IMG/VR virus record: IMGVR_UViG_3300028364_000031
Strand: one strand, 5' to 3'
Origin: an uncultured virus (IMG/VR IMGVR_UViG_3300028364_000031)
Taxonomy: Duplodnaviria; Heunggongvirae; Uroviricota; Caudoviricetes
Length of the DNA stretch: 64,000 nt
The notes under the pieces: model-generated
Told to the model about the DNA's origin: nothing
The model's input: only the letters and a program-made list of their open reading frames with translations
Databases searched by the model: none
Translations under genes and position numbers: made by a program
In this document: piece by piece, positions 10,360 to 19,728 of the stretch
Layout: every line of letters starts with the position of its first letter
How positions within the stretch are numbered: position 1 is the first letter of the stretch

Positions 10360-10564
10360 ATGATGTATTTGAACGACGAATACCCTAAACATCTTGAAAA
10401 AATACGAGACCGGTTTGATGATAAATTTGAAACTATGGGAAGGTGATTTACATTTTGATATGTTCATAGGCTGTACTGCTACTGCAACATCTAAGCAAGA
10501 GCATGATGACTCGGATAACGGGTATCTATAACCTCAAACATCATTAGCACCGGCAACACGTTAA
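10360..10564 (+). pseudogene. Probable broken cassette gene; 3' part homologous to the C-terminus of 13397..13702
   Basis: Full promoter/RBS but only 28 codons from ATG 10360; the other frame reads ...HDDSDNGYL*PQTSLAP vs ...NDDSNDDVSKHLSPQTSLAP. Confidence 0.55.
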
Positions 10565-10792
10565 GCAACACGTTAAGCAACACGTTAAGTAACACGTTAA
10601 GCATTGCATTAAGTAACACGTTAAGCAACACGTTAAGTAACACGTTAAGCAACACGTTAAGTAACACGTTAAGCATTGCATTAAGTAACACGTTAAGCAA
10701 CACGTTAAGTAACACGTTAAGCAACACGTTAAGCAACACGTTAAGTAACACGTTAAGCAACACGTTAAGCAACACGTTAAGCAACACGTTAA
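10553..10792. repeat. Tandem repeat, 20 x 12 bp (G[C/T]AACACGTTAA; units 5 and 11 are GCATTGCATTAA)
   Basis: Counted directly. Confidence 0.98.
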
Positions 10793-10923
10793 GCTTACTC
10801 TAAGTGTCTCTCAGAGCGTACTAGTATACACAAGGCATTACGCATGCGTTAGGGGTTAATTGCCCTTGACATTATATAATTTTCATGTATAATAGAATCA
10901 ACAATCAAAAAGGAAATACAAAA

Positions 10924-11262
10924 ATGTTTAAAGTATTTGCAGTAGACCACGCCAGCTCTATTCATGGAGATAATAATGAGGTTAACTTCATATTATGTGA
11001 AGATGCCCCAGATGCTGTAGACTTGGCTATTCATGACCCTGAACTGTATCAATTACATCTTTATGAAGAAGATGTCATAATTACCGAATTACCATACCAT
11101 ATTGCAGTGCATTTAGATCAATACAATCTATCTCGTGCTGCAAACCGGGATGCCACCTTATTCAATATTGTAAATCTTGCCACCAAAGAAAAACGTAAAG
11201 CGTACTTAGATCAGTATGATGAAGAATATGATGTGTCAAACCGATATTACCTCAGATATTAA
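10924..11262 (+). CDS. Hypothetical protein
   Basis: TTGACA 10866/TATAAT; AAGGA RBS before ATG 10924. Confidence 0.8.
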   Translation: MFKVFAVDHASSIHGDNNEVNFILCEDAPDAVDLAIHDPELYQLHLYEEDVIITELPYHIAVHLDQYNLSRAANRDATLFNIVNLATKEKRKAYLDQYDEEYDVSNRYYLRY

Positions 11263-11550
11263 TATCTAAAATAGATTGACATTTCAACTCACAACGATAA
11301 CACAAAAAGGGCTTGGTGTCAAGCCCTTTTTTTACATTCATTTCAACTTTTAACCCTTCCATCTTACACTAAAAAACTTAAATGACAAGGGCGACAACTG
11401 ACATAAAACTAAATGATATTATCATCCCTTTACCACAAGTCATTGCGGCGTGTCAAGTAATTTGTATATAAAAATAATGCTTGACACTGTGTAATAAATG
11501 TGTATAATGGAAACCATAGAAACTTAAACAACCAAAAAGGAAACACGATT

Positions 11551-11802
11551 ATGATGTATTTTGCACTAGGTACTGATGGCGTTATGTACGACTTAGGTGA
11601 TTGTGAGGATTTTGCAGCAGCAAAGGACGCTGCGGGGAATTTAAAGGTCGGTGTGATATGGCTGGCTGATAGAGCCGCTGCATTTGCATGGACTGATAGG
11701 ACTCTAAAGTCCATCTTGGGTGATAAAGCCGCTGCATTGGCATGGACTGATAGGATTCTTCGGTCATGTACGAACATCGAGCACGCCATTGGCATGGACT
11801 GA
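11551..11802 (+). CDS. Hypothetical protein with internal imperfect repeats
   Basis: GCATGGACTGATAG-containing ~52 bp unit occurs three times, 11668-11839. Confidence 0.65.
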   Translation: MMYFALGTDGVMYDLGDCEDFAAAKDAAGNLKVGVIWLADRAAAFAWTDRTLKSILGDKAAALAWTDRILRSCTNIEHAIGMD

Positions 11803-12072
11803 TAGTATTCTTCAGTCATGTGCGAACATCGAGCACGCCGAGATAAATATAGTGGATCAGCAGTAGTTACTTATAGAAAGTAAAACCTTAAAGGTTTATA
11901 GCCCTTCACCCGAAGGGCTTTTTTATAACATTATCATCCCTTTACCACAAGTCATTGTGGCGTGTCAAGTAATTTGTATATAAAAATAATGCTTGACACT
12001 GTGTAATAAATGTGTATAATTAGAACAGTATTTCTGTATAATTAAATCATTAAATAACCATAAGGTAATAAC

Positions 12073-12624
12073 ATGAAAACTTTGAAAAACATTGCGTTCT
12101 TTATTCTTTTAACCATCGTGATCAATTATGTAGGGTTCACCATTTTGTTTGAACCGGTGAACGCTTCACAGATCACTTCTAAGCCCTTAACCCTTGAACC
12201 AGTCTCATTGTATGAAGGCGGTGGCAAAACGGTGTCTGAGGCTGGCCTACAATGCCTTACTGAGAATATCTTCCATGAAGCTAGAAGTGAATCAGATCGT
12301 GGAAAATTTGCTGTAGCGTATGTTACCATCAACCGATTATTATCAACACATTACCCCGATAAATTATGTGATGTTGTTTATGAACCTTATCAATTCTCAT
12401 GGACAGTTGAACCACAAAAAGTTAAGCATAACAGTATAGAATCACAAGCATGGAATAATGCTTATAAGGTAGCATTGTCAGCTCTCTCGACAGGTGTACC
12501 AGATTCTTTAGTACATGTCACACATTTTCATACCGATCAGGTTCAACCGAACTGGTCGAAAAGTAGCAAGTACAAAAAGATTGCACAAATTGATTCACAC
12601 ATTTTTTATCGTCCTACCTATTGA
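12073..12624 (+). CDS. Cell wall hydrolase, SleB/Hydrolase_2 family, N-terminal membrane anchor
   Basis: CLTENIFHEARSE..RG..AVAYVTINR, CDVVYEPYQFSW, THFH, P.WS, IDSHIFY. Confidence 0.92.
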   Translation: MKTLKNIAFFILLTIVINYVGFTILFEPVNASQITSKPLTLEPVSLYEGGGKTVSEAGLQCLTENIFHEARSESDRGKFAVAYVTINRLLSTHYPDKLCDVVYEPYQFSWTVEPQKVKHNSIESQAWNNAYKVALSALSTGVPDSLVHVTHFHTDQVQPNWSKSSKYKKIAQIDSHIFYRPTY

Positions 12625-12691
12625 CAACCTATAATAAATCTGTATAATAGTACCTATAGAAACTAAACAACAACCAACGGAGTAACAGATT

Positions 12692-12973
12692 ATGAAGTAT
12701 TTCCACGTAAAATTGAATACAGTGAATATGTATATGGACATCTACGGACAAACTCGCACCCATTTTGTTGCGGCTGAAGATGAAAAAGAGGCTTGGATCA
12801 AGGCCGCTGATGAAGAAGCACTCAACACAGTTGAGTGGAATGATGAATTCGCACTAGATGGATCAATGGAAGTACCAATGATCTATTCCCTTGCCAGTGT
12901 CGCTGAAATCACTCAAGAAGACGTGCGAGCACTTCACCGAATGGGAATCATTGACTGGACAGTAACAGCTTAA
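12692..12973 (+). CDS. Hypothetical protein, paralog of 5663..5926
   Basis: Shared sequence and leader. Confidence 0.88.
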   Translation: MKYFHVKLNTVNMYMDIYGQTRTHFVAAEDEKEAWIKAADEEALNTVEWNDEFALDGSMEVPMIYSLASVAEITQEDVRALHRMGIIDWTVTA

Positions 12974-13155
12974 ACAACCAACGTCACTACTTAAAAATGC
13001 CCTGAACATTCAGGGCATTTTTTATAACACTATCATCCCTTTACCACAAGTCATTGGGGCATGTCAAGTAATTTGTATATAAAAATAATACTTGACAGCC
13101 AGTAACATTTATGTATAATAGTACATATAGAAACTTAAACCACGGAGAAACAAAC

Positions 13156-13392
13156 ATGAACTTATATATGATCACACGACCAAACGGATTAATTGATTAC
13201 GACGAAGCCGAAGAAATGGTTATCGCTGCCAATTCAGAAAATGAATGTAGAACACTGGCAACCACAAAAGCCGGTGATGAAGGCAAGGCCACATGGCTTG
13301 ACCCTAAAATAACATTGTGCGTAAACATTGGCACAGCTAACGACACCATTACAAATCCAATGGTACTGTGCCGTGACTATTTTGAAGCGTGA
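13156..13392 (+). CDS. Hypothetical protein
   Basis: CCACGGAG RBS before ATG 13156. Confidence 0.8.
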   Translation: MNLYMITRPNGLIDYDEAEEMVIAANSENECRTLATTKAGDEGKATWLDPKITLCVNIGTANDTITNPMVLCRDYFEA

Positions 13393-13396
13393 TGAT

Positions 13397-13702
13397 ATGA
13401 ACAACATAACTAAACACGGCCCATCAGTTCAACAGGAACGTAGTACTAAGGGTGAGTTGATTCATGAACCCTATTGGCTGCATGGTAGATCATATAATGT
13501 ACGAGGCCCGGCTGTTTATGCGGGACGTGGTGCAATGAAAGAACTTATAGCAGAGATGGAAGCGTTGGAAGCTTGGGGAGAAGAAGAATTGCTGTTCATT
13601 ATGGGAATAGGTGACCATCCTCCTATTACCTCTAAAACCAATGATGACTCCAATGACGATGTAAGTAAACATCTATCACCCCAAACATCATTGGCACCTT
13701 GA
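13397..13702 (+). CDS. Mosaic hypothetical protein
   Basis: GELIHEPYWLHG..YNVRGPA is a degenerate copy of the 3272..3625 repeat; C-terminus matches 10418-10552. Confidence 0.55.
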   Translation: MNNITKHGPSVQQERSTKGELIHEPYWLHGRSYNVRGPAVYAGRGAMKELIAEMEALEAWGEEELLFIMGIGDHPPITSKTNDDSNDDVSKHLSPQTSLAP

Positions 13703-13760
13703 CAACAATACTAATTCAATGATATACTTAACCTAAGTTAATACAAATAGGAACTCAATC

Positions 13761-13976
13761 ATGTTGGTAACGAATAAAGATATCGAGTATCAAGCAGCAC
13801 CGTACCATGGCATCATCGCTACCATTCCTAAAGGTACACCCGTTACTCTTGCCACTAACATAGATAGCACTGATGAATACTGGGTAGGTCGATGGGAAGG
13901 GATGTCAGACATTGCTATGAGTTGGAAACGTAACTACGGCTTCCTAGTCTCTGATGAAGATGTAACCAAAGGATAA
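13761..13976 (+). CDS. Hypothetical protein
   Basis: TTGACA 13699..TATACT promoter, AGGA RBS. Confidence 0.75.
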   Translation: MLVTNKDIEYQAAPYHGIIATIPKGTPVTLATNIDSTDEYWVGRWEGMSDIAMSWKRNYGFLVSDEDVTKG

Positions 13977-13982
13977 CATACT

Positions 13983-14043
13983 ACTATACCATACGATCAT
14001 AACACTGTCAACCCTTGACAGTACCATAGGAGTAGGGTATACT
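13983..14043. promoter_or_regulatory. Back-to-back sigma70 promoters
   Basis: Minus: TTGACA(14011-14006)-N17-TATAGT; plus: TTGACA(14015-14020)-N17-TATACT. Confidence 0.75.
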
Positions 14044-14340
14044 TACAGTAGGGTAAAGGATACCAGAGTATACCATAGGGTACACACCCCCCCTACCCAA
14101 AAACTGAAAACATGTTTGGGATATTTTTTCTATATAAAACAATAAAAATATATGACCCCATGGGGGGTGCTAAGACAAGGAAATGTATATATACAATTGT
14201 TTTTAATTTCAGAAGTCTTTGTGTGGGAAACTGTGTATAGGTTTGGTTATATGGTATGGAGGTAGTATAGTATGTAAATGGTGATAGTACAGTTAAAATT
14301 TTTTTGGTAATTTTTTTTTATAGGGTAATAGGGTATAATA

Positions 14341-14637
14341 ATGAATGATGATAAAGATCGTATAATGGTGGTGTTACCTCGTGGTAATCCTTGTGGTGTA
14401 CTTGAGGGTATTAGTGCTGGTTTAATAATGAATGATACTGTAGTGTCTGTGGAGTCAGAAGAGTATCGAAAGAATCAGGAACGTGAAAAGCGTGAAGACC
14501 TTGCGTTTTTACAAGGTAGTGAAGCGTATCGAGGTGGTATAGCGGTAACAGATATACCGTATGATTTAGTAGACGTTGAATATTACTATTGGCGTTATGG
14601 ATGGTTTAGTGAAAGTGAAAAGGGGGAACAATTATGA
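14341..14637 (+). CDS. Hypothetical protein
   Basis: ATGA overlap with next gene. Confidence 0.65.
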   Translation: MNDDKDRIMVVLPRGNPCGVLEGISAGLIMNDTVVSVESEEYRKNQEREKREDLAFLQGSEAYRGGIAVTDIPYDLVDVEYYYWRYGWFSESEKGEQL

Positions 14638-15089
14638 AACTAATTGAAGTAGAAAAGTTATTCGACTGTTTTCCGGGTGCATTTGATCTTGAGGTGTATG
14701 ATTTAAAAGTAAACCGATGGTTGAAAATTGAGATAACTTTTATTGCGAATCTGGTAGCAAGGGGTCATGGCCCTTCAGCCAATGCCGAGTACCGTGCAGT
14801 CGCAAAGATTCCTGAAGGTGTTCCTCCATTAACAGAGAAAATGAAAGAATACCCTATGATATTCCTCGGTCAAGGGCGAGACAGATATTGGCGAGTGGTC
14901 ACAGAGTTAGCTGAAGGTGGCTATTTCCTTGATGTCGAAAGTTATGATGTTTGGACAAGAGTGTATCGTCTTGCCATCCATGATCCGAGAGAAATGTTAC
15001 TCATATATGCAGATGATCCTAATGCTAAGAGGTTGCATTCAATTTACACTTTATATGGGATTGGTACGTTCGGGGGAATAGGAGAATAA
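14634..15089 (+). CDS. Hypothetical protein, paralog of 16173..16805
   Basis: FPGA..L, YR....PEG.P, DPRE shared. Confidence 0.75.
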   Translation: MKLIEVEKLFDCFPGAFDLEVYDLKVNRWLKIEITFIANLVARGHGPSANAEYRAVAKIPEGVPPLTEKMKEYPMIFLGQGRDRYWRVVTELAEGGYFLDVESYDVWTRVYRLAIHDPREMLLIYADDPNAKRLHSIYTLYGIGTFGGIGE

Positions 15090-15171
15090 AATGGTTGATT
15101 ATCTTGATTAGGCTATTTACTTTCTTATAAAGGTATGATATAGTGTTGTATTAAAAGGAAGAGGAACAATT

Positions 15172-16176
15172 ATGAAAAGATTTATATCGTTTGGTTCAAT
15201 TGAGCAATTCCGAAGCATTGTCAAAGAAATGTCTGAGTTAGATAATTCACCGACCACTGTTTTGGGGACTATTACTGAGAAAATTCATGGCACGAATGCA
15301 TCTGTGTGTTGGAATGCAGAGGATGGCTTGTGGGTACAGTCTCGCAATACCATTATCACACCAGAAGCAGATAATGCTGGTTGTGCTGCTTGGGTCATGA
15401 AAAATGAAGATGCTTGGATGGGAATCATCCGACGATTATTAGCTGGTGGTGGAACTAACGTGACCGTTTCAATCTACTTTGAGTGGTGTGGTGGAAATAT
15501 TTTTTCTAACAGTGCTGTATCTGGATTAGATAAACGTGCAATCATATTTCCTCATTACAGGATTACAGATGATAAGACTGATGATTCAGAATGGGTGAAA
15601 CTTCCGGAATTCTGGGCTGAACACTATCCAGAAAGCAATATATTCTTTGGTCATCTAATTCATCAGCGATTGGTCTATCTCGACTTTGAAACCCCCGCAA
15701 CGACCAATAATAAATTGCTAGAGCTTGTTGATGAGTATGAGAATAAATCACCGACTGCACAGTTCTTTAATCTACCTGATAATATTGGTGAAGGGTATGT
15801 TGTTACATTTTGGTGGAATGATCGTCTTTATCGCTTTAAGGTTAAAGGTGAGAAGCATTCCGCTACCAAAGTTAAAACATTGAAGCCTGTTGATGAGGTG
15901 TTAGAAAACAAGAAGCGTGAGTTTGCAAATTATGCTGCTAATGCAGATCGCTTAGAGCAAGCTTGGCAGACTGTGTTTGGGATTGACAACGAACTCAACG
16001 CACCTGATATAAAATTGATGGGAGACTTTCTTCGTGCCGTTAATAAGGATGTCATGAAAGAGGAGTCGGATATTATGGAAGAGCAAGAACTCGATCCAAA
16101 GATGGTCAATTCTAATATTTCAAAGATCGCTAGGCTTTGGTTCATGGAACAATTGGATGGAGAATGGTTGAAATGA
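15172..16176 (+). CDS. RNA ligase, Rnl2-like
   Basis: Nucleotidyltransferase motifs EKIHGTN (I), FEWCG (III), EGYVV (IV), FKVK (V). Confidence 0.85.
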   Translation: MKRFISFGSIEQFRSIVKEMSELDNSPTTVLGTITEKIHGTNASVCWNAEDGLWVQSRNTIITPEADNAGCAAWVMKNEDAWMGIIRRLLAGGGTNVTVSIYFEWCGGNIFSNSAVSGLDKRAIIFPHYRITDDKTDDSEWVKLPEFWAEHYPESNIFFGHLIHQRLVYLDFETPATTNNKLLELVDEYENKSPTAQFFNLPDNIGEGYVVTFWWNDRLYRFKVKGEKHSATKVKTLKPVDEVLENKKREFANYAANADRLEQAWQTVFGIDNELNAPDIKLMGDFLRAVNKDVMKEESDIMEEQELDPKMVNSNISKIARLWFMEQLDGEWLK

Positions 16177-16805
16177 GTACATTGACCAGCCAAGAAATAC
16201 GTGCATTGTATAAACGGTTTCCGGGGGCATATACATTACAAATATTGTTTGATAATAATGAGTGGGTTAATGTATCAATTAATCACTACAACAATACTTT
16301 TACGTATCGACTTTATCCAATCCTCCCAGAAGGGTTGCCATGGCCCACACAAGACATGATTGATCGTGCAATGGTGTATATCGGGACTAGGCCGAAGCCC
16401 GATTGGCCTTTCGAGGGTGCATGCCTTGACTTGGCTTGGACTACTGGAACGTGGGGTGGTGGTGAGAGTGTTCACTACTGTATTGATCCAAGAGAATTGC
16501 GAACCAGTGAGTTGTTTAACAAATACCAAGAAACACTAAAAGGAGAAACTGTAGTGGCATATAAAACGTTGGAAGTGTTTGGAGAATCTGAAGGTAAAGA
16601 GTTGGAATACCCAAAACTGAAACTAAATTCTCGTGGTCAATTGATATTGGTAAACACGAGTGGTCAGAATATTGGTACTTTAACTTATTTTCAGGATGGG
16701 GAGTTGTGTACTTCAGATGGTTGCAAACAAGTGTTAGAGCGTAACCATATGGCTACAGACTTTGCTCAGTGGGAAAAAAATGGGTCGATTAAAGTGGGGT
16801 CATGA
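16173..16805 (+). CDS. Hypothetical protein, paralog of 14634..15089
   Basis: ATGA-coupled start 16173 with GGAG upstream. Confidence 0.75.
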   Translation: MSTLTSQEIRALYKRFPGAYTLQILFDNNEWVNVSINHYNNTFTYRLYPILPEGLPWPTQDMIDRAMVYIGTRPKPDWPFEGACLDLAWTTGTWGGGESVHYCIDPRELRTSELFNKYQETLKGETVVAYKTLEVFGESEGKELEYPKLKLNSRGQLILVNTSGQNIGTLTYFQDGELCTSDGCKQVLERNHMATDFAQWEKNGSIKVGS

Positions 16806-16994
16806 AAAACTCATCTGAATCTGAAAATACTCATCCTACGGCAACTGAAAAAGCTAAAAAATTATTTGAATCTCAGATTTTTGAATCTAAAGAAATGGTT
16901 AGGTTTACACCACGTGACACTTGATAAAGAGCTTTATGTGGCTGTTATAGATCATCTATCATTTATGATACAATAAGAAAATTGGAGAATAATA

Positions 16995-17345
16995 ATGAAT
17001 GACGATGATGATTTGAAAACTATGATCGACCCGATGATCTCGATTGGTGCTGCTGATGGTATAACTAATATTAAACCTAACCTTGGGGACACGACTATTA
17101 GTTCTACGGGGAAAATATCAATATATGATGGTATATCATGGCTGGATGGCAATAATATTAGTACTGATGCTATACTACACCCTATTCATCAAGAAGCAGC
17201 ACAAGAACCAGCATTGGTGTTGGAGCAGATTGCAGATTTAGATCAATTGAGTTTAGATGAGTATCTAATTAAGTACGGAGAGGATGCGGAGCTTGAGGCA
17301 TCTACCCTTGCACTTAACTATTTGAATAGTGATAGTATTGTATAA
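16995..17345 (+). CDS. Hypothetical acidic protein
   Basis: GGAG RBS. Confidence 0.7.
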   Translation: MNDDDDLKTMIDPMISIGAADGITNIKPNLGDTTISSTGKISIYDGISWLDGNNISTDAILHPIHQEAAQEPALVLEQIADLDQLSLDEYLIKYGEDAELEASTLALNYLNSDSIV

Positions 17346-17348
17346 ATA
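17341..17348 (+). promoter_or_regulatory. T4-type late promoter TATAAATA
   Basis: Exact consensus 25 nt before ATG 17374; same motif at 21657, 31031, 32532, 51365 (+) and 51245-51252 (-); variants at 6386, 33639, 35799-35804 (-), 49802-49809 (-). Confidence 0.85.
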
Positions 17349-17373
17349 GTTATCTAAAGGTTACGAGATTATT

Positions 17374-18237
17374 ATGAGGGTATTAGAAGTATTACGTGAG
17401 GCACCGATAGCTGACATATCCCATGTTGGAGATTTTTCAAAGAACAGTTCATTTCGTCATGGTAGGGATCGAGCGGTTGTTACGCATCCTGCATCTATAG
17501 AGAATATCAAGAAGAAGTTTGGTAATACTAATCAGGACATTAATTTAATATTTGTTAACACGCCACAGGGTGGTCGTGAGACGGAGGTTGGTGAGGTAGG
17601 GATGAAATATGTTATACAGAATTTAGGTGAGGAGGTAGCAAAGGTTGTTAACAAGGTGCATACTGGTAATGAGATAACGGTAATTTTGACAAATAATAAG
17701 GGCGAGCAGAGGTTTCATATGACTCCATGGATCATAGCTCATAGGATGATGCACGTGTTTGCTAGGAAGGGTGTAGTGCGTAGTACTGGTAGTAATAGTA
17801 GTAGAGTGTATGGTGAGTTCAAGCGCCAGATGATTAATATATTTTTGACTGATATTATGCCAGCGTATGGACGCAGTAACATGGGTAATCCTGATAGGGT
17901 AAATTATGCAGGTGGACAAGATCGAAATGCTCAATTAGTATTCAAGCATTTTTTCACAAAGGTGTGTACTTTTAAATCGGCTAGGGATAATAAGTTACGA
18001 GACTGGTTTGAGGTATTCAATGAGTTGGGTGCTCAATATATTACGACTGGTAATGTTAAGTTTAATGAATTACCTCAGAGTTTTGGTACAACGGCAACCG
18101 GAGTAATGCATTTACGTAGCGATGATCGTCATGCCGTGGAGCATGCTTCTGATCAGTTAGATATGCTTTCACGGGATGCGGAGATCATGGTAGATGATCT
18201 ATTAGGTTCTGCTCTTGGAAATATATTTGTAATGTGA
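17374..18237 (+). CDS. Late hypothetical protein with CTS-like leader (MRVLEVLRE-AP); possible zincin-like HxxxH
   Basis: TATAAATA upstream; TPWIIAHRMMH. Confidence 0.8.
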   Translation: MRVLEVLREAPIADISHVGDFSKNSSFRHGRDRAVVTHPASIENIKKKFGNTNQDINLIFVNTPQGGRETEVGEVGMKYVIQNLGEEVAKVVNKVHTGNEITVILTNNKGEQRFHMTPWIIAHRMMHVFARKGVVRSTGSNSSRVYGEFKRQMINIFLTDIMPAYGRSNMGNPDRVNYAGGQDRNAQLVFKHFFTKVCTFKSARDNKLRDWFEVFNELGAQYITTGNVKFNELPQSFGTTATGVMHLRSDDRHAVEHASDQLDMLSRDAEIMVDDLLGSALGNIFVM

Positions 18238-18247
18238 TGATGCAACG

Positions 18248-18652
18248 ATGAAAATTAATAAAATTTTAAAATTGATTGAGGGCTTCGAAGATATTGATTA
18301 TCTATTGGAATCCATTGAACAGTTTTCTAATAGTGTTAGGGAGCGGTTAGGTATTGCTCAGTTTTCTCTATATGAGAAGGGTGATGATATCTATTTGAAC
18401 ACTATCATTGTCGGGAAGGAGAATCAAGGGAAGGGTTTAGGTTCTAAAGCGATGGAGATGCTTATTAACTATGCTGATCGTTCTGGAAAGAGGCTTATAT
18501 TAACCCCTGCTGTGCAGGATAAAATACACGGTACTACTTCTAGAGCTAGGTTGGTTAGGTTCTACAAGCAATTCGGCTTTAAGGAGAGCAAGGGTAGAAA
18601 CATCGATTATGAAATTGGTGCTGGTAAGATGTATAGAGAGCCTACCCAGTAA
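18248..18652 (+). CDS. GNAT family acetyltransferase with CTS-like leader
   Basis: IIV...QGKGLGSKAM acetyl-CoA motif; LVRFYKQFGF. Confidence 0.88.
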   Translation: MKINKILKLIEGFEDIDYLLESIEQFSNSVRERLGIAQFSLYEKGDDIYLNTIIVGKENQGKGLGSKAMEMLINYADRSGKRLILTPAVQDKIHGTTSRARLVRFYKQFGFKESKGRNIDYEIGAGKMYREPTQ

Positions 18653-18669
18653 TTTAGTTTTTACATTTT

Positions 18670-19728
18670 TTATAAGTTATCAAAAATAGTACCATCTTTT
18701 TCACGTTGAATCAAGTTTTGTATTGCTGGATTTGAAGTTTTATGACTGACGATGGATATTTTAAGGTCTTGGTGATGAAACGCTCGAAGTGCTTCTTCTA
18801 GAGCGTTGATGATCCATTCTTCTTTATTACCAAACGCTCCACCACCCAATAATGTTAGGTATACTTTTTTATTTTTGAGATATGCCATGGAGAGTGTAGC
18901 TTCGTATGCTGCTCTTAGTATTAATTCCGCTAATGGTTGATATCTAGGATCATTTGGTTCCTCATTGTAGGCGACAGGTAATGCGGAGCAAAATATCTGA
19001 TCTACATGGTTAAAATGGTTATGCATACCAAGGGTGACAGTTGTATTCTCTTGTAGAGGAAATTCCATTAACTCTTCCATAACTTTTCTGGTCGATATTG
19101 CTGCATAAAATTCTCGCAATGAGATATCATTAGCTTGTATTTTTTGTTTACTAAATCGTAGAGTTAGTTCGTCTAGTTTTTCATAATTTATTATAGCATA
19201 TCCATTTTTCATAACCCAATATTGATGTGTGTTGTTATGTAGAAATTCTTCTACACGATGTAGAGTGTTTATAGGGGGATGGAAGTAGTTTCTATAGATG
19301 GTGGCGGCACCACATGCTATGGCACTGGCGGGGCCTTGAGTATGATCATCTTCATAAATGGTTACACCATCTTCAGGTGTCAGGTCTGGGTTAGCCATTT
19401 CTAGTGCATTAAATTGTGAAGCCACTTGGAAGAGTGCTCCATCATTTTCTGGCATTGTATAGAGGTCTTGGACATCGGCCACAATTTCATTAATTGAATT
19501 AGGTTTTTGGAGTCGGGTTGCTCTCATCGCTTTAACCTTTGAACGTATACTATCTAGTGTTGGAGTTGTTAGGTCACCCACTTGATAACGGACTGGTGTT
19601 GGAGCATAGCAGTGAATTTCTAATTCATTTGTGAATTTATTTCTTTCTAGGGACACACAGTTATTGATATTTTTTGTATCTTCTGAAGTGCCTGTAAGCT
19701 TTTCAAACCAACTATGTTGTTTAAGCAT
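18670..19728 (-). CDS. Macrodomain/PARG-like protein (ASQFN family)
   Basis: FQVASQFNALEM, DHTQGPA, LTLLGGGAFGN glycine loop; fold is inferred. Confidence 0.6.
   Translation of the reverse strand: MLKQHSWFEKLTGTSEDTKNINNCVSLERNKFTNELEIHCYAPTPVRYQVGDLTTPTLDSIRSKVKAMRATRLQKPNSINEIVADVQDLYTMPENDGALFQVASQFNALEMANPDLTPEDGVTIYEDDHTQGPASAIACGAATIYRNYFHPPINTLHRVEEFLHNNTHQYWVMKNGYAIINYEKLDELTLRFSKQKIQANDISLREFYAAISTRKVMEELMEFPLQENTTVTLGMHNHFNHVDQIFCSALPVAYNEEPNDPRYQPLAELILRAAYEATLSMAYLKNKKVYLTLLGGGAFGNKEEWIINALEEALRAFHHQDLKISIVSHKTSNPAIQNLIQREKDGTIFDNL

Larger units (their letters stand above)
1..14043 (+). repeat. Dispersed ~150-190 bp intergenic repeat (terminator hairpin + CATCCCTTTA box + TGTCAA...TTGACA dyad + sigma70 promoter + GGAG leader), ~20 full or partial copies
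   Basis: Copies at approx. 269-427, 1008-1172, 2068-2271, 3069-3271, 3699-3863, 4617-4781, 6020-6152, 7563-7735, 8438-8613, 9087-9250, 10197-10359, 11418-11550, 11900-12020, 12993-13155; promoter-only halves at ~5593, 6716, 9790, 12621, 13699. 3700-3825 and 6021-6146 read as identical. Confidence 0.95.

Noticed and set aside
10491..10787. Minus-strand ORF with LLNV repeats
   Set aside because: By-product of the 12-bp tandem repeat; antisense to the array, no RBS
1..14043. CRISPR array or integron as explanation for the interspersed repeats
   Set aside because: Repeats are >100 bp promoter/terminator units separated by whole genes; no 30-40 nt spacers, cas genes, integrase or recognisable attC core sites in the window
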